Part shown: positions 11,792 to 23,500 of the stretch, in pieces
Layout of the letters: every line of letters begins with the position of its first letter
How positions within the stretch are numbered: position 1 is the stretch's first letter
NCBI GenBank assembly: GCA_900088475.1
Contig: FLMG01000131.1
Coordinates: 1 to 57,158 of the forward strand
DNA length: 57,158 nt
Source of the DNA: Hyphochytrium catenoides
Lineage: Eukaryota; Protista; Hyphochytriomycota
Reading direction: 5' to 3'
Notes under the pieces: generated by a model
The model's database searches: none
What the model was told of the DNA's origin: nothing
What the model saw: the letters and a program-made list of their open reading frames with translations, nothing else
Program-made: the position numbers and the translations under genes

Positions 11792-14700
11792 ATGAATATC
11801 CTAAGAGCAACAGACTGTTTGTCCTCCGGAGGACGACGACACTGGCTTGCCATCGTGCTGGTTGTTCTGACTCTAAGCTTGGGCCTGCTTCTTCCTTTGT
11901 CAAGTGCCAGCTGCTGTCCTAATGATTGTTCAGGCCGAGGGCTTTGCCGACCGTCCAATCACTGTCAATGCGACTGCATCAAAGGCTTCACAGGACCTGA
12001 CTGCTCTATCCGTAAGTCCTTCTACCTTTTCTATAGAGAGCAGGGACCTTCTGTCGAACACTTTGTCTAAATTAATTGCTTCAGTGTCCTCTCTTCCTCA
12101 CGCTAGCCACTTCTTCTTTCTCTCTTTGTCCACCATGCCGACAGTGGGACTTCGAGACTGCTCATCTTTGAAGTTTGAACTATGCGTCTCCTCTCTCCTC
12201 CTCTCTCGCTTGCTCTTTCTCAGTGCTTTCCTTCTCTCTTTGGCCCCACTTACTTTCTCTCTCGTCGTGTCTCAATCATTCTCTTCAGTACATCCTCCTC
12301 GTCGTCGCTATATGTTGCCGTCTTTTCCTGATGTCTTCTTCACTTTTCTAGGCTCGTGCCCTAAAGGCGTAGCTTGGTCTGACTTTGCGTCGGCTGTCAA
12401 CAAGGCCCACCAGCGGTCTGAGTGCTCAAACCGAGGGACCTGTGACTCCTCCTCCGGGCTCTGTGTGTGTGACCCCGGCTTCACAGGGGCGGCCTGCGAA
12501 AGAAGTAGGAGAGAGAAACCTTTCTCTTCTCTATCTTCACGCCTACTATATATTCTGTTTTCCGCGCTTTTTGCTCCATATCANNNNNNNNNNNNNNNNN
12601 NNNNNNNNNNNNNNNTTTTCTCCTCTCTCTCTCTCTCTCTTCTCTATTTTCTCTTTTCTCTGTCCTCCTCTTCTGATCTTTGCATTTACCTCTCTCCCTT
12701 CCCCACCTCTTCATTTCTGATGGGGCTTGACAATCTCGCAGATGTGTGTCCAAACAGCAATTGTGGGGGCCATGGCCGATGTATGACCTTAAGAGACTTT
12801 GCTTCTCGCGGCGCTCTCTCCTACGGTCTGCCGTCTCCTGTCTCTTACAGTGTCAACTGGGATGCTGAGAAGATTCAGGGCTGTTTCTGCGACGAGGGAT
12901 ACTCCGGTCCAGGCTGCGAGCTAAGTGAGTCGACCTGCTTCTGTCATCCTGGCACCACACTGCTGCCAGTTGCCGGATTCTATGGCTTCCCTTCTAAGCC
13001 TCTCCGAGGCTTCTAACACCACGTCTGCCGTCAACCAACTTCCCTAGAGGCTTTTGGCGGCTAATACTTCTCTGCTTCTCCTACTGCTCTCACTGGTCTT
13101 CAGATTTGTTTGAGGCTATCCTTGCCTCTCTCCTCCCTTAATTACTCTTCCCTCTCACTCTCTCTTTTTCAATCTGTCTCTCTACCCGCATAAAACTTTC
13201 TCCTTCTCCGGCCGTGTTTTCAACTCATTTTAACGGAATGGTGTACTTCTATCCTGGACGATAGGGAGCTGCCCTGCAGGTGATGATCCATTGACTGGAA
13301 CGGTGGAGGATCCCCAAGGCTTGCAAGTGGATGAGATCCAGCAGATCACGTGTACAGCCACGGTAGGTCTATTAGGCGAAGGGAAAGAGAAGAAGAGAGA
13401 AAGACGCTGGCTCTGTTGTTCATTGCTTTCTTTGTGCTCTCTCTCTCGTCTCTCACTGGCTTGCTCTTTGTTGTCTCCTTGTTATCCTCCTAATAATAGG
13501 GGGGAACCTTCACGTTAAGTTTCAAAGGAGAGACAACTCCGCGGCTTCCTTGGGACTCTTCGGCGGCGATGGTGCAGGAAGCTCTGAGAGGATTGCGGAC
13601 GATGGGAAAGGTGGCGGTTGAGTTTGCTTCTTCTTCCCTCTCCGCCTGTTCTCTCACAGGGACGAGGATTGTTATCCTGTTTCTGACCGAACATGGAGAG
13701 TAAGAATCACCAAGCATCAACCCCCTTCTTTCCTTCACAATTATCTTCAAGCATCACCCCTCCTGCACGGCACCTTGAGCTGCTCTTCTCCTCTCACTAC
13801 TCTTCTTTTATCTTTGCTCTCTCTCCCTTTACCTCTCTCCTGTCCTTTGCCTCTGCTTTGCCTGCCTTCTCTAGCCATGGATTCCTGGTTCCTCTACTAG
13901 CTGCGCGTGGAGATAATAGTCTCTATAGTATTCTTGCCTAACCTGTTCTCTCCTTTCGCCTTCTTCAGGTTGCCTCTTATACTTGGGGACGACTCTGCAC
14001 TTGTCTCCTCGTCTCTCTCCGTACCTCCTGGGCTGTCCGTCCATAGGATTCAGAAAGGGACAAAAGAGAGTGTTCCCTGTGCAGGCAGAGGAACATGCGA
14101 CAGTTCTATTGTATGGACTATCTGTCTCTTTCCTTCTCATCCTTTTTGTCACTCAGGACTGATCTTCTCCTGCACTCTACGAGCCATATTGCCTTCACTT
14201 GTTACCTCTTGCAGCCAACTAGATGTTGTTGTTGCTGGTTTCCTCTCACCACCTCTCTTTCCCTTCCTTTGACCGGTCAATTGGCTCTGCTGTTAGGGTG
14301 ATTGCCAGTGCTTCGAAGGCTATTCAAGCAGTGACGGCGCAGGGAGGCCAGGAGTTAGGGGAGAATGCGGCTTCAGGAAAGAGCAAGAAGTTAGATGTCC
14401 GGTAGGAACAAGGCCATTGCTTTCCTTCCTACGACGCACGTGGTCACGACTTGATACTTGGCTTGTTCTCTTTGGATCTCCATCTCGTCTCTCTTTCGCT
14501 GTCACACCTACGTAGAACTCTTCCCCTAGCCGTCGTCGCCTAAGTTATGATTTCTGTTTGCCCGCGTTCCTTGTAAACGTATCCCTGCTTACTTCGTGTT
14601 CTCCTATGGGTTCTCAATGACCTGATGTGGCTGTCACGGCACTCTTCCACTACGATGCTGGCAGGGTCCTTCCCAAAGCCTCTGCAGTGGACACGGTGCC

Positions 14701-16017
14701 TGTAGCGGGCCTCCAACCTTCCGCTGCCTCTGCCACCAGGGCTGGACAGGAGGAGACTGTGGACAACGTAGGGCCAAGCAAGACATTATCGGCTGCCTCT
14801 CTACTTTTTTCTCTTTCTTATAGATAGAGATATACAAGCCTAACCATTGAAGTCATGATAACGTAGACTAAACACTCGCTTTCCGCAGGCATCTGTCCTA
14901 GTGGGAAGTCTTTCTTCTCCTTCCCTTCGACTTCGACCTCTGCGCACCCGTTGGCAGAGTGTTCCTCGGCTGGAGTCTGCGATCGCAGCACGGGAGAGTG
15001 CACGTGCTATCCCGGATATGAAGGAGCAGCTTGCGAGCGATGTAGGAGTTTGGCTCCTTTGCTTCTTCCCTCCTCTTCTGGCTTTAACTTACTCTCTCTA
15101 TCTATACCTCTTTTTCCTGTCTTTCTGTCTGCTCCTCTCTCTTTCCCCTCTAGGGATCCTTATCTCCTTTTTCTGTCTTCTACCAGGACAGACAGCAGCT
15201 TCCTGCTTCTACCATAACTTTGCCGCTTAAAGCACGCCCTCGCTTTTAATTTCCTCTCGCCGATCCTTGGCTGCTAATCGTGGCGGTTCGGCAAACTGTT
15301 CTTTTGCTAAACTACCTCTAGGTTTCTCTGCACATCTCTCATTTCTCTTTCTCTCTCTCCCCCTGTCTATCTCTCCTCTCCTGCTTATTCTTTCACTGTC
15401 CTCTTTCCGTTCTCCCTCATCTCTCTGCGGTCGAGCAGTGGCTTGTCCCGGCGGCTCCCAAGAAATAGCGTGCAGTGGCCATGGGCGTTGTCTTTCTATG
15501 CGCAAACTGGCACCTCTTGGTCGGACACCCATCACGAAAGATCTGACGGGTCTGGCCTATGGAGAGGGCGATCCTAAGAATCTGAATGTAGGGGTTTCTC
15601 TCTCTCTGTCTCACTCACTCTCTCTGAAATATCCACATCCAGATGTCTTACCTTGTTTCCCTCAATACGTTCTCCAGTCCCAGTCGTTGTTTCATCCTCT
15701 CTCTATCTCTTTGATCCTTGGCTCACTTTCTCACTCTCTCTTCCGCACCTCTCAGATATGGGATGCAGACTCCATTCAAGGATGTCTTTGTGACCAGGGT
15801 TATGAGGGCCACGACTGCGCAAAGAGTATGACGACACATCTATCTCCTTTAACGGTCAATATTCTTCTAATTGTATGGACTCCTGGCATCGTGTCTCTCT
15901 CTTCCTTCTGGCTGTTCTATGCGCTACCATCAGAGTCCTGTCCCACCGGTGACGATATCTTAAAGCCCTTGGCCAGTGATAACAGTGTAAAAGTACCCAC
16001 CACGCAGGTGAGAAGTC

Positions 16018-16048
<31 letters not shown>

Positions 16049-17268
16049 TGTGTGTGTGTGTGTGGAGAGAGGGAAGGGGAGAGGAGTTCCTCTTGCGCCA
16101 AATGACGGAGACAACCTATCTAAGAGTCTCTCCTTTTGTCCTTTTGTTACTGAAAGTTGGCTGTTTCCTCCTCTGCATCGGTGTCTTTGGTTCTCTTTCT
16201 CTTATCCTTATTTCTGGTGTCTTTAAGCTAGTAACAGATCTATTTACTGCTGCGTCGCCTTGTCTAGGAGCTGCTTTGCACAGGGACAGGTGGTTTCTTT
16301 TTCCTCACCTTCCGTGGCAAAGATACAGAACAGATACCGTTTGACGCTCCGAAGGAGGAGGTAAGAAAGACGGCACTTTAAGGAGAGAGGGAGATGGTGA
16401 AAGAAAGAGAAAATCGAGAGATCGTGAGACCTCATGAAGGAGCTCTCATTCTTACACTTCGTTCCGTCCTTGTGGTGCAGTTACAGCGTCTGCTTGAGGA
16501 GGTGGAGAGCATTGGTCGAGTGACCGTCAGTTATTCTCAGGACGGTCTTGGAGCTTGCACATCTCTCTCTCCCTCGTCTCAGAGTATATCAGTCACTTTC
16601 GTCGACGACTTTGGTCCTCTTCCTGCCTTGGTAGCCACAGTCGGTGAGCCCTGAGGAACTTCACACAGCGTTTTCCAATGACTCTGCTCCTCGCTCTCTA
16701 ACGGTCCCTTCTATTGTCCACATTGCTTCTGAACTCTTGGGCCACAGATGGCGTTGGCGTTACGGAGGTCGTAGTGAGGGCTGACGGCAGTGGTGCTTCT
16801 GTCCTTGGTACCAAGGAAGACTTGCTGTGCTCGGGCAGGTGAGAAGCAAGAAAGAGAACGACTGCTACCTCGGGAACAATGGACTATCGGCCTGAAATCT
16901 CAGTTGCTCTTTCTCTAATTTAGGGGTGTCTGCATCTACGACATTGGACAATGCAAGTGTGCGGAGGGCTTCACCAGTAGCGACGGTAAGGTCATTGAGG
17001 TTGGGTCTGAAAGAAAGGTGAAGAGGGAGAATGTGGATTACGGAAGTAGAGACACAGAGCATCAGAGAGAGAAAGAGAGCTAGAGAGAGAAAGAGAGAGC
17101 CAGAGTGAAAAGTAGAACAAGACAGACCGTCGACGAAACAAGCGGCCAAGCTTTGCTGATAAGATGGACTCTGCAGGGTGGGGTTCTCCTGGCCCGCGAG
17201 GGGATTGTGGCTATGTGGATCCTCTTTATTGGAACTCCGAGGCCCAGAGACATAATGATAACCTCTGA
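11792..17268 (+). CDS. Secreted cysteine-rich EGF-like (tenascin-type) protein of the stramenopile Sig1/Ocm/Mas mastigoneme-related type, with the 4-EGF module present twice
   Basis: Hydrophobic signal-like segment (WLAIVLVVLTLSLGLLLPLSSA). Module 1: CPNDCSGRGLC, CPKGVAWSD..AH..ECSNRGTCD, WDAEKIQGCFCDEGY, CPAGDDPL, GTKESVPCAGRGTCD, SSDG..G.RGECG. Module 2: CSGHGAC, CPSGKSFF..AH..ECSSAGVCD, WDADSIQGCLCDQGY, CPTGDDIL, GTKEDLLCSGRGVC, SSDG..GPRGDCG. Many GT-AG introns; TGA at 17266-17268; no C-terminal TM segment seen. Confidence 0.85.
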
Positions 17269-17534
17269 TAATCAGAGAGGAAGAGCAGATCCAATCGCTT
17301 AATAGGAAGCACGTAAGACGAGAGCATTGTTTGACCACAAAGGAGTCCTACGCGACCGTAGAGACAGTCCGTAGATGTGATCAGGAGCAAGAAGCAAGTC
17401 TGCGCGTAGAGCAGAAGTGTTGAAGACTACTGAAAGAGAGCAATCCGCAGTCTCTAAAGAGCTGCCAGCGCGTTTCTCCTTCGTGTGGATCGCTTCTGCA
17501 AAGGGACAGAGACAGAGCAACAAGTAGGAAATGC

Positions 17535-20500
17535 TTAAGCCTTCTACAGAGAAACATATAAACACTTCGTTTAGCTTCTAGGACGCGCGTGTGATATCTC
17601 TTACCTTAACTGGACTTCCGTTCTCTTCTTCCTCCTTAATCGGGCCTTCTAGCTGCTTTGCCGCTCTCTTCTTTCCTCTGGAAGGGAGAGGGGCGTTTTC
17701 CTTGTCGGACAAGGTGTGATGGCAAGAAGGAACAGGAACAGCAACCCTCCTGCCACTCCGGAGGCTAAGAGTGGAAATGGAGGAAGCGTCCGAGTCGCTC
17801 TGCTGGCACAAGTCCGCTGTGTCTTTTGTCTGAGAACGTGTGCGACGAGAGATCTTCTTACATTCGTTGTGGTCCTCGCCTTTCTCTCCGTCTTCTGGGT
17901 GCTGCTTATCCTGGCCCTTTATTTTGGACGCCTTCTTCCGCGTTCTTGGCTTCTCCTGCTGCTCTCTGTTTTCCGGCTTTGGGGCTTTCTTTGCTCTCTT
18001 CTCGACTAGAGGTCCCTCTTCTTCGTGGGTGGATATGAGTTCCTCCTCGGTGTTCTGGATGGAGTTCTTCCGTGTGCGTCTGGTTCGTAGTTTCTTTGGC
18101 TTAGCCGTTGTATTTTCTTCCTCCTCTTGGTTCTTGTCCACGCTATGAGACGATGCTCCACGTCGCCTTCTCCTCTTTTCAGGAGCCTCGTGGCTCTCCT
18201 CGTTCCCAACGGAGGCCTTGTCCTTAAAAGATAACTGTCCTTCCTCGTCTTTTACTGTGGAAGCAAGAGGAAGGGGCAATGAGCCAGGGATAAAAAAAGG
18301 CTGAGTATGAAGAGTAAGGGGACTGTGTACCATTGAGTCAGAGGCAGTTATTAATGTGGAAAGAGAAAGAGTGGGAACAGGGAGTTATGGAAGGCCATCA
18401 TAGCGAGACTACCTTTCTTTTGCCTCTTTCTTTGGCGAGACTTGTCTTTTTCACTGTCGCCCGTATCCTCGACCTGCTCTCTTTCCTTATCCTCATCTTT
18501 CTTTAACTCTTCTGTGGTCTCTCTATTACTCTCCGGGTTGCACTCTTCCAACATCGCCTCTCTAAGAGCAAGAGAATCTTGAAGATAGGCATCCAGTACG
18601 AAGCCGTAGGCAATATCTAAAGAGAACAAGAGGTTTAAGCTTGGGTTGGGGCGGAAACAGTGGGAGCAGGACGACCATCACCGGCTGCCTTCTTTATGTC
18701 GTTTGTGAACTTCTCACCTTGGTCAATGTCAGCAAGGACTGACAGTTTATCTGCAAATTTCCGTACCTCTGCTTCCTCAATAGTATCCTTAAACAGAGAG
18801 TCTAATGCCATCTCGTCCTCCACTAATCCTGCATCTCTTTCCTTGACAGCGGCACTACGATAATGACGGACGGTGGGTGAGATGAAGATGGCAGCTGAGA
18901 AGCGTCCGGCTGCTTAGGGGAGTAAGCTCAGGATGCTCTTACATTTGACCTTCTTCACTTCCATCGGCGGCTCGTTTAGAGTCCAATGCTGACTCCGTTG
19001 CAACAAAAGGCAGACTGACAACAACTTCATCTTCTCCCGTTGGCTCCTCCGATACGTGCGCTTTTTGTTCAACTTCTGCTTCAGGAACTCTTTTGAACTC
19101 CAGTGACTGGCGACGGAAGGCTTCTGGATCAACCAGATACGCAGATAGTGCTGTATCATAGGCTTCTTCCTCTGGGCGAGATAGAACGAATTTAGAGACA
19201 AGCACTGGAGCAGTGGGGAGTCAAAGGAGAAAGAGGTCACTTATAGACAGAATAGACACAGCGACAGACTCCATAGTGTGTGAGATGGCCCTACCAAGAC
19301 AGGATAAGGAAGAAGGAGACTGCCAACCTGTTTGCACTTGACCGTGCAGAGTGAGCTCCTGAGCTTGTTCTTCAATGAGCTTCTGGTCCTTTAAGACCAG
19401 CATCTTTCGCGTCTCCTGAGCGCTCTCTTGGTCTAGGGACATTAGGGGTTGAGGAGTGAGGTCACTGAGAAACCCAAAGACAGTCTCACCTGCTGCAGCC
19501 TCATCTTGTCGTAGCACCTCAGGTTCCTGCTGGTAGGCTTCCACCACGACCCTATATGACACAGCTGTTGCAGGAAGGCTATTAGGGCTCGTCTCGGACA
19601 AGGCAGCCGGGCATCATGGAAATTGCTTACGAGGGGATAACAAAGGGGCCAAAGGGAGAGAGCTAGAGGGATCATTGGAAAGAGAACCTCTTACATAAGT
19701 CGGCCTCTGTCTCAGCGCTCAGTCGCCTAGCAGCCTGTAAAACCACCTCTTGATCTGCTCTGCACTTCGTTATACACTCCGCCAACGGCGAGACCATCGC
19801 TGCGTAATGGCTCCCGTGCTCCTCTCGTCTTCTCTTTCTCGTACTGACCGCCTCCTTTATCGCTCTCGTCATGGGGCTTTCCATCGTCCTCAAAGTCTTG
19901 ACGTTTCCCAAAGAGGAACTCTGAATGTCTCTTTTGAGTGGAGAGGACAGCTTACGCAGTTGGGAATAGTGAAGGGGACGGCTGTCTACCGCCTGCTCCA
20001 CCTCCTTCTTCAAAGGAGAGGAGATTCGAGGAAGCATAGAGAAGTGTGGTTGACGGCCAGCTACGGTATCTCTTATCTCTTCCCTTACGGGAGAAGAAAC
20101 TCTTGACAAAGAGGAAAAATGTGGAGGACGGCTGTTGACAGCTTCCTCAAGCTCTCTTTTTATGGGTGAGGAGATCCTCTGGCACTGTGAAAAGTGTTGA
20201 GAACGATTGGCGGCAGTCATTGCGAGTTCCCTCTTCAAAGGAGATTCAAGCTGAGGAAGAGCGGAATGATGTGGCTTGCGGTTGCGAGCTACCTCTTTCA
20301 GGTCTCTCTGGAGCGGAGAAGAGAGATGTGGAAAGGAGACTATACGTGGTGGACGCGCGCTGGCTGCCGCTCCAAGTTCGTTCTTAAGAGGAGAAGGTAG
20401 GTGAGGAAGAGCAGAAAAGTGTGGAGGCCTGGTATGGGCGGCTGTGTGGAGCTCTTTTCTCAAGGGGCTAGGCAACCCAGGGACGGAGGAGATGTGTTGA

Positions 20501-23500
20501 GATCGTGAAGCGGTCGCGTCTCTGACTCTCCTAAGAAGTTCCTCCTTATACTCCGCGCACCATCGCATGGCGGAGGCCTGAGGGCGCTGGAACCTCTCTG
20601 CAGCAGCTCTGACAAGTTCTTCCCTTTGCCGCTGAGGAAGACGAGACATCTGCGAAAAGTGCGGCTTGGCATTCATGACATTGGCGGTATCCTTCAGCTC
20701 CTTGGTAAGCGGAGAGGAAAGTGTTGCAAGCTCTCTGAGAGGCGGTGGTCGATTGTCGGCTATGTCAGCTGCTTTGCTCTTCAGCTCCTGCTTTAGAGCT
20801 TCAGGTACAGAACCCATTCCCGCGTGCAGAGCTCGTCTCTCTGCTCTATCTAGAGCATCTTGCTGCAAATCTTTCCTCAGTGGGCTTGGCAGAGTCGGCA
20901 CCTCAGTAAGTAGTGGAGGGCGGCTGCTCTCTCTCTCTTTTCCTCGTAGTACTAGTTCGTGTCTAAGGGGAGAAAGTATGGTAGGAACTTCGCTGGCCAA
21001 GGGCACTCGAGATTCTTCTCTTTCTTTTGTCTTTCCCTTCAATTCCCGTTTTATTGGTGTCGGCAAAGCTGGCAGCTCATCATGTTGAAGCGGTCGCCTG
21101 CTCTCTCGTTCTGTTGCCTTGCTTTTTACCTCGGTCCTCACAGGAGAAGGGATAACTGGAACCTGGCTGTAGTGCAAAGGACGGGTCTCGGCTGAAGCTT
21201 TCTGGTACAACTCCGTTTTGAGGGAGGCGGACATTAAAGGAGGATCAGCCGAAGAGCTAACCCTGCGTGCTTTGGCTTTGTTTTCCAATTCTTTCTTGAT
21301 AGGGGAAGGAATGGTCAGCAACTCGTCTCTGAGAGGAGGACGGCTGGCCCCTCTGTCTCGTCCTTCTTTCTGCAGCTCCTCTTGCAACTCTTTTGGAAGA
21401 GAGGGAAGCTCCTTGTAGATGTCAGAGCGGCCAATTTCTGTCTCCCTGACTGCCTGCTTAAGCTCTTTCTTCATGGGAGTTGGCAATCTCGCACTTTCCG
21501 CATAGTGCACCGGTCTTCTCTGGTCCATCGCGGCGGCTGTCGCTACCAGTTCTTGTTTCTGCGGTGAACTCATCACAGGAGGGATGGGGATCCCAAACAG
21601 CGAAGAGTCGCTGCTGACTTCCGATCCAGTTGCTAGGCTGAATGATGATATAGGAAGCGAGGAAAGAATAGCAGTATCTGAATCTTGCTCCATTCTTCTT
21701 TCTCTCTTGTTGGCCTCTTGACAGAGTTCCTCTTTTAGTGCTGAGTCGAGAACTGGGCCCTCAGAATAGTGCTTCGGGTCCCTAGCCGCCGTTTGTTGGA
21801 GCTCGAGTCCTGGTCCTTCCGCCATCGAGCACGGGACGTCGCTGGGTCGATTGACTGTTCCTCCTGTGGAACCATGAATCTCCAGAAGCTCCTGCCGCGA
21901 TGGAGAAGAGAGAGAAGGCAGAACCGCCGAGGTCCCTGTCTCTGGGTTCTCCATGGCTCCGACTTCGTTCTCTTCTGGAAGAGGAGGAAGAACCATAGAG
22001 GGACTATCTTCTTTGTGAGCGCATTCGACTAATGTGGTCTCCTTTTCCCCAAGCAGTTCGTCCTGTTGCGCATGGTTCGGTACCAGGGCATTCTCTAGGC
22101 ACTGCTCTTCCGGTTTATTAACCGCCTGATTGATTGTTCCCACAATTCTCTCCTCGACGGACTGCTGCGTCTCTTGAATGATTTCCTGGGTTTCAGTTAC
22201 TTTCTCCTGCTGACGACAAACTTCTGGCGATTCCACACTGAGGTCGTCTAGAACAACCTTGGGGGTCTCTGCCTCTACAGACTCCTTTGACACATCAGGC
22301 ACAAGGAACGGAGAACTTGGTCCTGTTGCGCTCAAGGTTGGAATAGAAGGCAAGGAAGGCGAAGGAGAGAACCTCTCGCCAAGAATGCTGCCAGGATCCG
22401 AAGATTCATCTACCTTGTAGCGCTTTGCTGGACTCTCTTCCAGTGAGCACCCAGGTCGAGGGGACGATGATCCAAACGAAGAGGGAGACGAGAGTGCATT
22501 CTCCCTGTTCCTTTTCTCTGGAGTACCCATCGGAACGCCATTCTCCGACGCCGTGCTGTGCCGACCGTTTTGCCCCTCAGATATCTCTGTGGCCGAATAA
22601 GACTTCTCATGGAGAGCTTTCACAGGTGTTGACGCAGAGTTGATTGGGGCAGGGGCCACAGGCTGAGGAGATGGAGGAAGGGCGTTTTCTTTCTCAGACA
22701 GGAATTCATACTCCGATGGACTTTGGCTCTTTTCCTCAATTTGTGGAGAGGGGATAATCGTCTTGGAATGAGGAGCGCGGTCAGCCAGCGGTCTCCGCTG
22801 TAAGAGCGTCCTATTTCTCACTGCTGCAACCCAGTTGGTCCTCAGAGTGCTAGGAAGATCTGTCCTAGGGAAAGAACTTCTTGCGGGCATCGAGATGGTT
22901 CGGTCTTCAGCGTCGTCCGAGACCATTCCTGGGGTAGACATGGAGCGCTGCGTTGAAGATGTAGGTTCTATGTCCTTTGCGCAGTCATCTGCAGCCCAGG
23001 ATTCCTGGTGGAGAGGTTCTGGCAGCAAGAGTGGACGTGAGGGCCAAAGACATAAGATACCCGTGAAAGGAGAAAGGAGAGCAACGTTCAAGGGTCCAAG
23101 GGTATGAACTCGAGGCCAGAAAGCAAGAGTTGAAGGAGAATGTACTAGATAGGCAGAGCGCTACCAAGGGTAAGAGGTGGATCATGATTCGAGAGAGCCA
23201 AGATAAGCCAGAAGGAGCACACTTTGTGTCGTACCATACTCCCAGCGAAAGGAGCGATCTGCAATCTTGATTATGGCGCCATGAGGGACAGCAGTGGGTT
23301 TACGAAGTGCCTCATCGTTGAGCAGCGTAACATTACTCTGAGTAAGGGACTCCAGGATAACCTGGCCATCGATCACGTTAAGACTGGACGGGCTCTGTCG
23401 AGGACGGATACCACAAAAGGAGATAAACATAGAGGATAGAGATAGACTGTCTACCTTTCCCCTACGGCAGATCCGGACGCTGGCGTGTAGGCGTGAGACC

